Shown: piece by piece, positions 1 through 11,561 of the stretch
Layout of the letters: each line of letters opens with the position of its first letter
Numbering within the stretch: the stretch's first letter is position 1
Assembly (NCBI GenBank): GCA_030704615.1
Contig: CM060734.1
Location: 5,332,001-5,396,000, forward strand
Reading direction: 5' to 3'
Source of the DNA: Takakia lepidozioides
Taxonomy: Eukaryota > Plantae > Bryophyta
Length of the DNA: 64,000 bases
Made by a program: the position numbers and the translations under genes
Notes under the pieces: model-generated
Seen by the model: only the letters and a program-made list of their open reading frames with translations
The model's database searches: none
What the model was told of the DNA's origin: nothing

Positions 1-36
1 GATTGGTGGAATGAGCCATGGACAATTGAGAGACAA

Positions 37-893
37 ATGGAGGCCGAGCTATTCAAAAGCATGGAAGAGGAGGGTGATGATGTCGATGCCATAGATTCTA
101 TTTGTCCTCTTAATGCAGACACACATATTCAAAATGAGGTCGTGGAAGATGAATTGGTGTGCGGGCCTTCGAATTCAATGGAGGATGTTTTGAGCCAACC
201 TTTGGATGATCATGCGGAAGACGTACTTATTCAAAGTGAATTGAGACATACTCTGGATGCTGTCATTGATGAGTTTGAACAAGAGAAAGATGGATCGAAA
301 GTGGTGGTTCCATTTGTCAAAGTAGAGGGGAAGACCATATTCAAAAGCACTTTGGTTAACCAACTCAAAGACAACCCTACTCTATCCAAGGATAGATTGA
401 CACGAGTAAGAAGTGCATCGTGTTGTTTTGCCGATAAAACAAACCAACTACCAGCAACAAAACCACGAGCTTCAGATTGGGTTCGGATTGTGCTGTATTT
501 TTTGTTGATGAGGAGACTGCGATCCAAACTACAAACAGGAAAGGCAGACCAGGGAAAACCTGCAGAGGAGCAACCAAAGGCACTTGGTATTTGGGCAGGG
601 TTTAAAGAATGCGGAAGAAAATCAATAAGCGGTTTATAGAATGTAGGGATTCTGTTGATTTATTGGAGCGTCCTTCTCATATGGAGATTGGGTTAGCATG
701 GTACCAAAAAATTCGAGGAGGGGTCTATACGTACGATTTGACGGATAACATGATGGTTGATTTGGATTCCATTATCGCGTTAGCATGTTTAAAGTACAAT
801 GTCAAGTCAAACACATATGTACTTGATGCAAATGACCGAAAAGTCTTTAACAACTTTATCAAAAGCAATTTTTTTTTTAAATTAATTTGTTAG
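37..893 (+). pseudogene. Frameshifted C-terminal part of an unknown, probably transposon-encoded protein
   Basis: Overlapping ORFs 37-639 and 609-893 have protein-like composition (KTIFKSTLVNQLKDNPTLSKDRLTRVR; IGLAWYQKI). An AT-rich tail follows, ending in ...GAACGCACGTG at 1134, which abuts an intron of the next gene. Confidence 0.35.
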
Positions 894-1238
894 ATTTTTT
901 TAAATGAATAAATTCGATATAATATAAAAACATACATATACATATTGGAGGGTTATTTTTAATGATGGAAAATGAGAATATATATACATAAGGGGGTACT
1001 TTTTAAAAATTGTAAATTTTTGTATATTTACAGGAGGGGGTTTTATAATCTTCAAAAAATATGTACAGAAGGGGTATAAATTATCCAAAGACCCGTATAC
1101 AGGGGGTTTTTTTATTAGGCGACGAACGCACGTGATACGCACAGTTTATAAAGAGTGCAGCCCCCGGGAAGGTTGCCGACATGTACATGAACAATTTCGA
1201 CGCTGAAATTGGCAAAAGAGAGGAAAATCGCATCATAC

Positions 1239-3828
1239 CTTGACACCCTCGTTGAATAGACCCTATATGTTGATGCAAGTCCAGATCTTCTTCAGAATGG
1301 ATGCTGCACTTTTCTTCGACCATACTTTGACATCATTCGCAGTGACGTCTCCATCGGCTGCTAGCACAACAATACAGCCGTCGTCGTCCAACATATTGGC
1401 CGCGAACCCGAATGTGTGGCTCCAGTTTCTTTCGTCGTACTTGTTCCAGCACGGGAGTGAGCCCAGTCCCACTATCTCCTGCCTATCCGGGATATTCACA
1501 AAGATCATGTCGATTGAGGCTTTCACCGCCCTGCCCCCAACTGTGCTCTTCTTGTCGTGGCTCATCACCAGAAAATACCCCATCATCTTTGTGTAGCCAC
1601 GAGTGTCCTCAATTTCATTGCCAGTGGCCTTCCTCTTCCCCTTCTCCTGGTGGGCCTCCATTGCCTTCCTCAATCTCGTTTTCTCCTGCCTTGTAGTCAG
1701 AGCACTTATGAAACTTTCATTAACACACTCCACAATTGTGGGTGTTTTGAGGGGTTCCCTGTCCGCAATGTGCACCGCACGGTAGGGTCTTCCAGGTGCA
1801 TCCTGTACAGTGCTCTCTTCGCAGCTGAATCCCCGGAGCGTTGGTCTTTGTGAATTTTCGGACGAGGTGTGGCCCCTGGGTGTTATCCTGCTAGAAATTG
1901 TCGTCGGAATCCTCGTCGTCTGGCTGAGTATGTTGCCGCTTCTTCTTCTTGGGTGTGGGGCTCTTCGTCTCTTGCCCCTGTTTGCGCGTTTTTTTCCTCT
2001 TCTCCTTGGGCTGCTCAGCTGTCTGTTTCTCCATCTGCTCCTTGGCCAATGCTGCCGTTTTGGCCGACTTTTTCAGTGCTTTCTGCTTTGCGGCCTCCTC
2101 TGCTTTCAGTTTTGCCGCGTCCTCTGGTTGGGGATCCAAATGCGCCTTGATAGCCCGAGCATTCGCTTCATTTTTCAAGTTAACCTCCGACAGGTCAACG
2201 GTCCCACTTGGGAGATCCACATACCAGGGACAGTCCACCAAATGCTCGGCATGCCACTCCCTCGTCATGGCTTCTGTGTACATCGTACCACGTCCTCTAA
2301 GTGTCATCCACGCCAGGAAGAATGGTGGAACCCTTTGAATGGCTCCGGATAGAATGAGAGCAAAATTTATGTACTTGCAATCGCGAATTCCCTATCATGG
2401 TGCCGAAATTCGAAACACGCATAGGAGCCACTTCAACAACAATCATGCTACTGCTGCATCATGCCAGTGGAAGTTCCCAATGCAGCAGGTATTTCGGCAC
2501 CGCAATACCCAATGGAGCGTGCCTCAATTCAGAGGCACGACCGGCGCAGACAAATATGGGATTCCGTGGCAGTAGATGCCCAGGATTCACAAGTTCCTGG
2601 GGATATTTCGGCGCCACAATACCAACCGCAGCAGCGCTCAGTTTGCAGGCACGGTGGACGCAACAAAGTTTGTAGGATACAGTTACAACAATTGCCCAAT
2701 ATTCACATCTTGCAGAGGGGTATTTCGGCGCCGCAATACCCACAGCAACTTGACTAAATTCACAGTTAGAACCCAAACTACAAACAGGGGGGGGGATGCA
2801 TTGGCAGCAGAGTACCTGAACAGGACTCGCATTGCTGCTTTGTCGGCCCCCTCCTTCGATGTATACGCTACGTCTTGCCTTTGCAACTTCTCTGAAAAAC
2901 AGGTTTAGGAAGCGCCCTCGCCAAGACTGCACATAGTTCTCCATTGTCTTCGATTTCGTCCAGTCGATCTGCAACTTGAAAGTGGTGGTGTTGCAATCCA
3001 ATTGCTCCTGGACGTGGGTCAGTACTTGCAGCATTGCAGGTCTTCGAAACAATCATGAATTTGAAATTGCAATGAAGTCGAACAGACACAAGAGGAGGAC
3101 ATTATACCAGATGCCACCAAGTCATGACATTCAACCAGTCGTTCATTTTGTCGTCAGTTGGCTCGATGGGAAAGTGATACAGCAGCTTTGTGTTTGTATG
3201 GCCGTTCCAGATTCGCAGCTACCTTGTCTGCATGTTTGAACATCGGTCAGAGAAAAGAACCTCAAGAGGTATCGCGAGAGAGCACAAAACAAGAACAAAC
3301 ACATGCTAACCTTCGCAGCCGAATCAACACATGACACTGCGATATGATGAAGTTTCTCCATGGACATTTCCAATTTGATGGGTCTGGAATAGTGCAGTCC
3401 TATCTCCGCCAAGAACTCGGCACCAAGGCCAGGGTCAGCGATTGCTACTTGCTTCACAAGTTTTGACCTGTACTTGGTCCGTGATTGCCTCCCTGCCTAC
3501 ACAATGTGACTCTCTATGGACGCGTCAGCCTTGCTAGGGACATCACTCTCAAAGAACTGCCTTTTGCAAAAGCCAAATCATCGCTAATGTTCGTCTGTAG
3601 TCCCATATCCAGCAGATACAATCAGGCCAGTGCTCCCAACAACAAATTGCTTACATCGAGAAAATTAAGATGAACCTCACTGCATAGAGGATTTCCACCA
3701 TGGCGTCCAGTGTGGGTCGGTACCAGGTGCGATCCGCTTTCGCCTGAGACTTTCTGTACAACTCGGGATCGAGGGATTTTTGAAAGTCCGTCAGTGGTGC
3801 TGTGCCCACTTCTTGCACTCTATAGAAG
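1239..3828 (-). pseudogene. Multi-exon pseudogene, C-terminal part, ending in an N6A/N4C DNA methyltransferase-like domain; paralog of the ParB-domain gene at 38-39.5 kb
   Basis: Exon ~3828-3681 (VQEVGTAPLTDFQKSLDPELYRKSQAKADRTWYRPTLDAMVEILYA, then GT) and exon ending 3311 (LVKQVAIADPGLGAEFLAEIGLHYSR...VDSAAK, then GT). Further exons lie at ~3050-2815 and ~2330-1239. The last contains SIDMIFVNIP...MLDDDGCIVV...KIWTCIN. Internal stops and frameshifts are present. Confidence 0.6.
2488..2740. repeat. Three copies of a 22-bp imperfect palindrome GGTATTTCGGCGCCGCAATACC, about 115 bp apart
   Basis: Copies at 2488-2509, 2602-2623 and 2719-2740, in an intron of the pseudogene above. Confidence 0.8.
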
Positions 3829-4459
3829 GGGCTATTTCATGAGCGGCACGAACACGAGCGGAAAAAAAAAAAGCATGAACAAACAATTGTGTGTCCACGA
3901 AAATAGGGTTAGGAGGCACGGAAATAGGGTCATTCGAAGCTGGAATGTGGCACCACACAACTCGTCATAGCAATGAAATGTAACATTTTTATTGCTAATT
4001 TTGTGGCAAACCACATCTATACAAGTGTCCTAACCGTCATAGCCGGAATGGGCATTATTCTCCTACACCCTCCGAGAAACTTGCCCCACCTTCCTCCTCA
4101 TCCCCCCATCCTCCGAGCTTTGAGATGCATCAATTCCACTATGCCTCTCAAAAATACCATCCTCTCCTTGGGGGACTGTCCACCTCACCTCCTGGGAATC
4201 TTCTGCCTCTTCTCCCCCACTTTCCTCAACAGAATCCAAGACAAATCTACGAGCCTGACTGGCTCTAATAGCTGCTGCCTCCTCCCTCATCTTCATTTTC
4301 TTGAGGCTTGCCTCGTCTAAAATCTGCTATACACGACTAGGTTCGAAAGACCTCCTAATGGACACCGAAGCAAGCCGGGCAACATAAGTAGGAAGGATGT
4401 AGTCCCTTTCTGGACTCGGCATGAAATCCCCCCTGACAAAAAAAGGCACGTTCCTCCTG

Positions 4460-5140
4460 CCCATAGTGGACGAGCATGGGTGGGATTTGAACCCACGGAG
4501 CTGCCCATGCTGAAGGCTTGTGGACAAGTTCCACACAAGCTTGAAGACTCCACACAAATCAGAGACAATGAGGCAGCATACAAACCTTCATCACCCACCC
4601 ATAGGGGCTCCCAAAATTCAGAGACAATGAGGCAGCATACAAACCTTCATCACCCACCCATAGGGGCTCCCAAAATTCAGAGACAATGAGGCAGCATACA
4701 AACCTTCATCTCCCACCCATAGTCGCCGAGCATGGGTGGGATTTGACCCACTAAGCTGCCTCAGCTGGCAGCCCATGCTGAAGGCTTGTGGCCAAGTTCC
4801 ACACAAGCTTGAATGCTGGGGCTAGCAAGAAGGCAAAAATTCAGACCAGCAAATACATGGCACCTACCGAAGCACGAGGCTGCAAATTGTGTGAGTGGGA
4901 ATTGAACCCAGTAGCCTGCCCCGACTGGCAGCTCACAAATGAATGTCTAACCTGGAACACATGAGATACTATCATGACACATAACACATAGCCCTCACAA
5001 GCACATAAGAAGGCAGAAATTCAGACCAGGCAGAAGAAGGCAGAACTGGGACCAGCAAATACATGGCACTTAACGAAGCACATAACCACCAATTGTGTGA
5101 GTGGGAATTGAACCCAGTAGCCTGCCCTGACTGGCAGCTC
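4460..5140. repeat. Local tandem and segmental duplications
   Basis: A ~59-bp unit AGAGACAATGAGGCAGCATACAAACCTTCAT... occurs three times from 4561. Segment ~4460-4545 recurs at ~4717-4813, and ~4838-4940 recurs at ~5018-5140. Confidence 0.8.
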
Positions 5141-5791
5141 ACACATGAACACAAGGGGGAGGAATCCCCCCTTGTGTGCACCCCCGCTTGGAGAGCGAAC
5201 TACACTACTCCTACCTACCATCTACGCTTCAGTGATTGGTTACTACGACAGGGTAGAGGGCTGCAGCATATATGAATTCAACAACACATCAGGTTGTTGG
5301 TGCAACACTCCCAACACTGTCACTGCCTATTACTTGCTGCCTGGCAGTCCACACCATGTAGAGCAAACTGAACAAACCAAAATTGGGCTGCTGCTGTTGC
5401 AGCCCGTGTGCTCATTGAGCAGCTGCAACAGAAGCACACTACAACACATGATGTGGACGCCCCTATGCTGCCCTATGCTGCTGGCCTATGCTGAACTATG
5501 GGCTGCACCAGCCAATGACTTCACAACAACAAACTAACAAGGCACTTGCTGCCACCACAAAGCCTACGCTACAACCCGGCTGGCATCACACCACTAAGCA
5601 AAAAATTCATGCAGTGGCACCCACACACACTTCTGCACCATCCACATTGAAACAAAACCATTAGATGAAATGGAAAGCAACTTCATGACTCTCTATCGCT
5701 ATCAAACTCTAATAGAACCTCTTCATAGCCAGAAAGAGCATATAGCCACTAACACCTAGGCAAATTAGAGTATTCAAGCATAAACACAGGA

Positions 5792-7661
5792 TTACAATGG
5801 CATTAGGATAGTGGTAAGAGGGTTGCCCCTCCTTCGTACCTGCTGCCACCTCTCTGCAGCAGCCAACAGCCCCCCAAAATTAGAGTCCGTTGGCCTATGA
5901 TGCCTCACAAAGCAGGCCCCCAAGCACAGAGGCAGATCCCCACACACCATACAAAAGTACCTCTGCCTAGTGCCACATGAGGCACACTTCCTTCTCCTAA
6001 GGCTTCGGAGAGAGTAATGGCAGGCTCCCGGATTGGCCACAGCAGCCCCTGTCATTACTATTGCCCTGGGACCAACCCACCCTTCCACCAACCCATTAGC
6101 CACTTGCGAATTGAAAAGCAAATGTGAACATGGTGTCCATCCCCTTGATCTCATAAATTCCAGGTAAATGATGTAGCCATTTACTAAACTCGTGTCAACC
6201 ACATGGAAGTACAGCCTGTGCCACCACTTGTGGTCACGGGTTTGTACACTGTAATAACCCCGCAATTGGTCTTGGACATCCACACCTCTCATGTGCTCTT
6301 GATAATGTTTCAGGACAGGGGAGGTAGGCACAAGACGTCTAGCCCCATTATGCCATCGTCTCACAAAGCATTCAGTATCCACAGGGCTCATAGCAGTGGA
6401 AAGAAGATGGACAGGTTTCTAATCATACCAGGCCACGGCACACATTTTCCCAGAAACGTGCATCCTCCACAGGAGCCTCCCTCTCTCACCACTTCTTCCC
6501 AATTCGAGACAACTATAGCTCACACGTTTGTTTTGACCGTGCCAGTGGCAAAGATGCCCTTGGCAACCAAGTCATGGAACAATTGAGGGCTGGAGAAATA
6601 GTTGTCCATGGCTACAATGTGCCCACGACCTTCAAAACCAGAAAGAAGTCTACTAACTACCGCATAACCCATGCCATGAGTCAAATCCACTTCATCATTC
6701 TTACCCAGATACACCTCCATCTTCTGAACATACTGGGACTTTGCATTGCACAAAGCCCAAAGTTTGATTCCCCACTTGCATGGCTTTTTAGGGAGATACT
6801 GCTGGATTTTGGCATACTTCCCTTTATATTTGACGATCATCTTGTCTACGCATAGGTTCTGCTCAGGTTTATAGTAACGAGCATACAGGGAGTTCTGGGC
6901 TTCTATTAGCCCGTCTTAGCAAGTTTGTCATAACCAGGATCCCCACTATCCATGACAACCTGGTTATTGTCAACAAGGTGTATACAACGTAGAATGGCCT
7001 CCCAACGGTTCCTACTCATTATCTTTCCAATAGAAGGGCAATAAATTCATGATTGGCTTTCCAGTAAAGACCTAGTGTTAGGAAGCTTCTTTAGACCCAT
7101 CAGAATATGAACAGCCAGCCAGGCCCTCAATTCCCTCACTGTCAATGGAAACCAAGAGCTACCCCCCTTGCGTCTTCCCCCTTGGTTCAAAGTTTGAGCA
7201 TACAGGTTTGTCATCATGCAAATTTTGCGCAAAATGAGCATGGGCCAGAACAAATTGAAGAAATCAATTGGCCTAGCACTATCGGCCAAAGGAAGTAAAC
7301 CCCCAACATCCCCTCCACTCCATATTACCTCAGGAATCTGTTCACAACTGGAATTCCACATGTCATCCTTGAACTTGTCTGCTGTTGGCTAGGTTTCCCA
7401 GTCAGGAGGCAAATCATACAAACTCCACTCGCGGGTGGGTAAGCTAGTGTCAACACAAAAATCGTCCAATTCAGGTTCATCAGCTGCTGTAGGATTGGTT
7501 CTTATCTCTTCAGCAGGGTCGAAATCAGAGTCGGATTCGGCATCCGAGTTAGAATTTTCTTCCACAACAGGAATCCCAAGCATATCTTCCCCAGAGCATG
7601 GCAAGTCATGGTCACCATCTATGTCTATAAACTCGCATAGGTTCGAACAGATAGATTGCAC
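5792..7661 (-). pseudogene. piggyBac (PGBD-like) DDD transposase, frameshifted
   Basis: ORF pieces give an acidic N-terminus, PIDFFNLFW...TNLYA, CVD(K)MI..YKG..QYLPKKPCKWGIKLW, MDNYFSS, ATGTV, MRGVDVQDQLRGYY...KWWHRLYF, and a C-terminal Cys-rich domain CASC..CMVC..LCLGACFVRHH. Confidence 0.92.
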
Positions 7662-7910
7662 ATGGCCAGATGCAAAAAAAAGATGAGGAAGAACCCGACT
7701 TCTAGCACAATATCCCAGGTTTGCTCAATGATAGTCCCGTTGCAACGCAAGACTCTAACAGTCTGGCCCAATACACCCAATTCCTTGAGTGATTGGCTAT
7801 GACGAGCCACATCACGATCTTCTACTTGGGAAGACCTGAGAGAGTAGGAATTAGGAACAGGGGAAGACAAATAATCCACAAAATGCAAATCAGGTGGGTC
7901 AGGGGGTGAA

Positions 7911-8381
7911 TTACCCATCCTTTGTGCCATTTCCTTCAGCCTCATTGAGGCTGGAAGCACCGGAAGATGCAGCAAAATCGGACCAGACCCTGTCTCTGAG
8001 GACTACATTCACCTCGCTAGAGAAACCACGAGGATCCCCTTCTTCCTTCCGCTCAACCCAGCCAAGCAATTCAGCAGCTTGTCTGCGCCACAGGTATCTG
8101 AAGTTCGCAGGCTGTGGGAAAGAGGGCCAAACCACTCGCTTGGGGCGTTTCAATGAGAGCAGGTAATCTTCATTCAAACACCCAACCAATTCCCCTACTT
8201 GCTCGTCGCTGGCACCAAGTGACTTTGCCCATGTTGCGATTACAACCGCCTCCTTGGCCAAATGTGCCGGTGCAGGGGGAGGCGCATTGAGGAGCACCAT
8301 TATAGCAGAGTCTGACAGCAGCCTTGCACAATGAAGGTCTTTGCCCCATTCTCTCACCACCAGCCAGCCTCTCTCAACCAC
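7911..8381 (-). CDS. Unknown ORF inside the piggyBac 5' region
   Basis: 156-aa open frame with globular-looking sequence (NFRYLWRRQAAELLGWVER...EVNVVLRDRVW), lying between the terminus and the transposase in the same orientation. Confidence 0.4.
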   Translation of the reverse strand: MVERGWLVVREWGKDLHCARLLSDSAIMVLLNAPPPAPAHLAKEAVVIATWAKSLGASDEQVGELVGCLNEDYLLSLKRPKRVVWPSFPQPANFRYLWRRQAAELLGWVERKEEGDPRGFSSEVNVVLRDRVWSDFAASSGASSLNEAEGNGTKDG

Positions 8382-9612
8382 CTCCAGGCAAGAAATTGCG
8401 AGTAATGAGCAGAAAACTCAATGGCATAGAAATAGTGCAATGAGACTATAGGAAGCCGCAGAGAAGACAACACCAAGGCGCAGCACATCACACAAACACA
8501 ACAGCCACCTGCAACAACACAGAACGGCCACCTGCAAACACAAGCAAGCAAACGCGAGCGAGGAAGAGAGAGAACCGCGGGAAGGCACAATGAAAACGCG
8601 GGAAGTACGCTGCCGCCGACCCCCTGCTGCTTCAACCGACAGATCTTGCCCTAAACCTAACAAACAGCCAATCAGCTTCGCATACGTCTTGCAAACGTGG
8701 AGTGCCTTCTCACCCAATTTTTTATTTTTGAATTTGGTTAAGATCTCGCACAGATACACCTGTCGGAAGCTGGCTGGAGGCCCGTTTCGGGCCGCACGGG
8801 CACTTAGGGATTAAGTCAATTGGTCTGAAGGAGAATGGGTCGGGAGTTTCAACCAGGTCAAGTAGATAGGCCCTATGTACGATTCAACCCTTTCAAGAAC
8901 ATTTATTTTCCGGTGAACCAATTGAAGTAATTTCAGGAGCTAGTGTTTTGTTTTTTTTAAAACAATTTAAGGAAAGGGGATAATAAAGAAAGAGTTACCA
9001 AAAGGTGGAAAAAATAACCACTGGCTCCTGCTCCAGGACCTTCTAGCTTCTTTCTTGTTCCACTTTCTCTTGTGTTTAGGCTCATGGCTGGTGGAGAACA
9101 ATACTCATTGTTCCTAGTTTTTCCTAGCTGTTCTCTTTTTGCAATTCTGCACGGACCATGCTCTAGGCTCCCCGCTCCTCCTCCTTTGTAGCTTGTTTAG
9201 TTGCATCTTCGGACTCTTTTCTGCTTCTTAGTTTGTTGGCTTGTAGGCTGTGGACTCGGAGGATGCACTCCTCTTCCCTTGCAGCTTAATTAGCTTAGCT
9301 TGCTTCTTCAGAGCAGGGCATGAGACAGGGGAGCCAGTAATCATTAAGGGGGTAAGCAGGGGAGCAAGAGAATGGGGAGGAACCATGGGAGCATGAAATC
9401 CTGGTGGGGAGCAAATGAGCGCCGAATTACATGAGAAGGCATGGAATATAGGGGAGCAAGGCATATGAGAGGGGAATGCAGGGGAGGGCACAGAGATAAG
9501 ACAGTGGGGGAGACGTACTTATGTGTTGTCGTCACATATACTTGCAGGGGAGACATATCCAATGTCCAAACTCTCCCTCAATCAAGTTTGCTAGGGCCTC
9601 TAGAAATACGTA

Positions 9613-10346
9613 CTTTGGATATCCTGTCCACAACACCTTGAAAAAATGAGGAGTCTGTGCTGCGAAGACCACCACCGCGCGTTCCCGTATGTTCTCTATA
9701 CACATGAATGTCTCTGCAAGCAATGCATTGGGGAATCTCCCAAGAGCAACTTCGCGCAAATATCCTTCAAGGTTGTTGGCGATTCCCGAAACTCATCCAA
9801 CCAAACTTCAGGAAAGAATCAAATCCACCATGACGGAAGTTTCCCCTCCGTCCACCTGGAACATGTCATTGAAGTGGGCTTCGACAATTCCATCGAAGGG
9901 ATCGCACATTGGAACTTCACAGTGTGCGGGTCCCCTAGGATCTGAATGACGTGCAACCTGCAATAGGAAAAGATCCCCAATTTCCGGGAGTGATGCCATC
10001 GAGTGGTGTCAAGGCAGCAACAATGCATCCTCAATGAACTATGCAGTCCCAAAAGGCAGTGAATCGGGGAGATTCTGCATCTCAAATATCATGTGGAGGT
10101 ATGAGTCATCCTTTCGCTGTGGCGCAATGTGAACGTCGGTCGGACTTGGGGACTGTGCAGCAGGTTCTTCCATTGCCAAGGCACGGGGAAGTCGGGATGT
10201 CTAGTAGCCTTCAAGTAATTGCGGATTTTGGTCAATTCCGCCTTGATTCGTCTAGAGCTTATGTCAATGTCCGCAACCGGCCCCAACGACCACACTTTTG
10301 CAGCCTTTGCAACTACATTGCATTCTTCATGAGCATTGGCGCTTGA
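9613..10346 (-). pseudogene. Decayed exons of an unidentified gene
   Basis: ORFs 9808-9999 and 9532-9759 share one frame, broken only by two TGA codons (likely from CGA). They are bounded by a TTTTCCTATTGCAG acceptor (~9958) and a GTACGT donor (~9612). ORFs 10089-10295 and 9819-10085 also share a frame. Confidence 0.4.
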
Positions 10347-10399
10347 AGTTGTGTTTCCCTACATCCAGCAGAAGCAATCGTGGTGATGAATGGAACATG

Positions 10400-10960
10400 G
10401 GAGCAGGGTGGAGGAGTAAACTGAAACAGGGGAGCGAGTAAGGGAGGATCGGACTGCTGTGGAGGAAACAGAGGGGAGCGGTTTGTACGGAGATGGAGGA
10501 GCATGGGAGCAGAGGTCAGAAGACAGGGGAGCGGAAAACAAGGGAGTACATCACAGGGGAGCAAAGCAAAATGAGACACATGATGAAGAATAGGCAAGGG
10601 GGCCACAGTACAAGGGAGCGGGTTGCGGGGGGAGGGGAGTAGAGGACAGGGGATAGCAGACAGCAGGGGAGCAAGGCACAATGAAACACAGGGGAGCACA
10701 TAACAGGGGAGCAAAACAGAAGGCGAGGGGAAGATGACGATACAGGGGAGCGGAAAATACCAGACAGCAGGGGAGCAAGGCACAATACAGGGGACCACAT
10801 AACAGGGGAGCAAAGCAGAAGATGACACATGATAAAGAACAGACAGGGGGAGCACATCACAGGGGAGAGCAGACAGCAGGGGTGCAAAGCAGAAAGAAGA
10901 CGCATGAGGAAGAAACATGCAGTGGCGAGCAATGAACAGGGGAGCGGGATTGCGAGGAGT
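10400..10960. repeat. Degenerate (A/C)AGGGGAGC(A) purine-rich minisatellite
   Basis: More than 12 AGGGGAGC-type cores at ~20-50 bp spacing; similar cores at 9320-9520. Confidence 0.75.
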
Positions 10961-11486
10961 GACAAACACAGGCACTACCAAAGATTAAGGTTTCTATGAC
11001 TGCATAGATGACTATTTTTTCAGTCATATATGCGATTATGATTATATCACTCTGTAGTGAAAAAAACGTCGTGATAGAGAGGACTGGCAAATGCAAGTCA
11101 TATCCCTCACTGCGTTCGCAGCACGTGGAGTCATGCATAAGAGAGTGATGTAGTCATAACTATATGACTTAATAACTACATTATATGACTCCATGGAGAG
11201 GCGGGTGTGTAAACTCCATGAGCCATGAGCATGAGCATGAGCATGAGCAGAAATAATATAAAAAACTCATTTTTTGGGTGGATTTTGAATTAGTTTGGAA
11301 GAAATTTGAGGATAACTGGGCTCGAATATGACAAACAACATGGGTAGACACCGCTGACTTGGAGGGAAAAGATGGAAAGTTGGGGAGAATATGGACCCGC
11401 GGTAATATAATGTTTCTATTTCCATGGAACAAACAACAAAGGAAGTTGAACGATCACTGTCCGTTTTCATAGGAAGAGAAAAAAAG

Positions 11487-11561
11487 AAAAAACCCCCTAA
11501 ATCGGCGCCGACTTACCTCCCAACCAAATTGGTAAGTCGGCGCCGATTTAGGGGGTTTTTT
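11487..11561. repeat. Perfect ~31-bp-arm hairpin within a larger nested repeat region (~11140-11850)
   Basis: AAAAAACCCCCTAAATCGGCGCCGACTTACC, 13-nt loop, then GGTAAGTCGGCGCCGATTTAGGGGGTTTTTT. Flanking CATGAGCAGAA / TTCTGCTCATG inverted pair and GTGATGTAGTCATAA direct pair. Confidence 0.85.

Larger units (their letters stand above)
5792..8814 (-). mobile_element. piggyBac element, 5' terminus with TTAA site (other end not found)
   Basis: ...GGCCCGTTTCGGGCCGCACGGGCACTTAGGGA then TTAA at 8811-8814, reading TTAA-TCCCTAAGTGCCC on the minus strand, upstream of the transposase. Confidence 0.65.

Noticed and set aside
1810-2352. Hydrophobic 180-aa plus-strand ORF
   Set aside because: Antisense shadow of the Lys/Glu-rich minus-strand exon.
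10313-10981. 222-aa Pro/Leu/Cys-rich ORF and overlapping frames
   Set aside because: Product of the GGGGAGC repeat.
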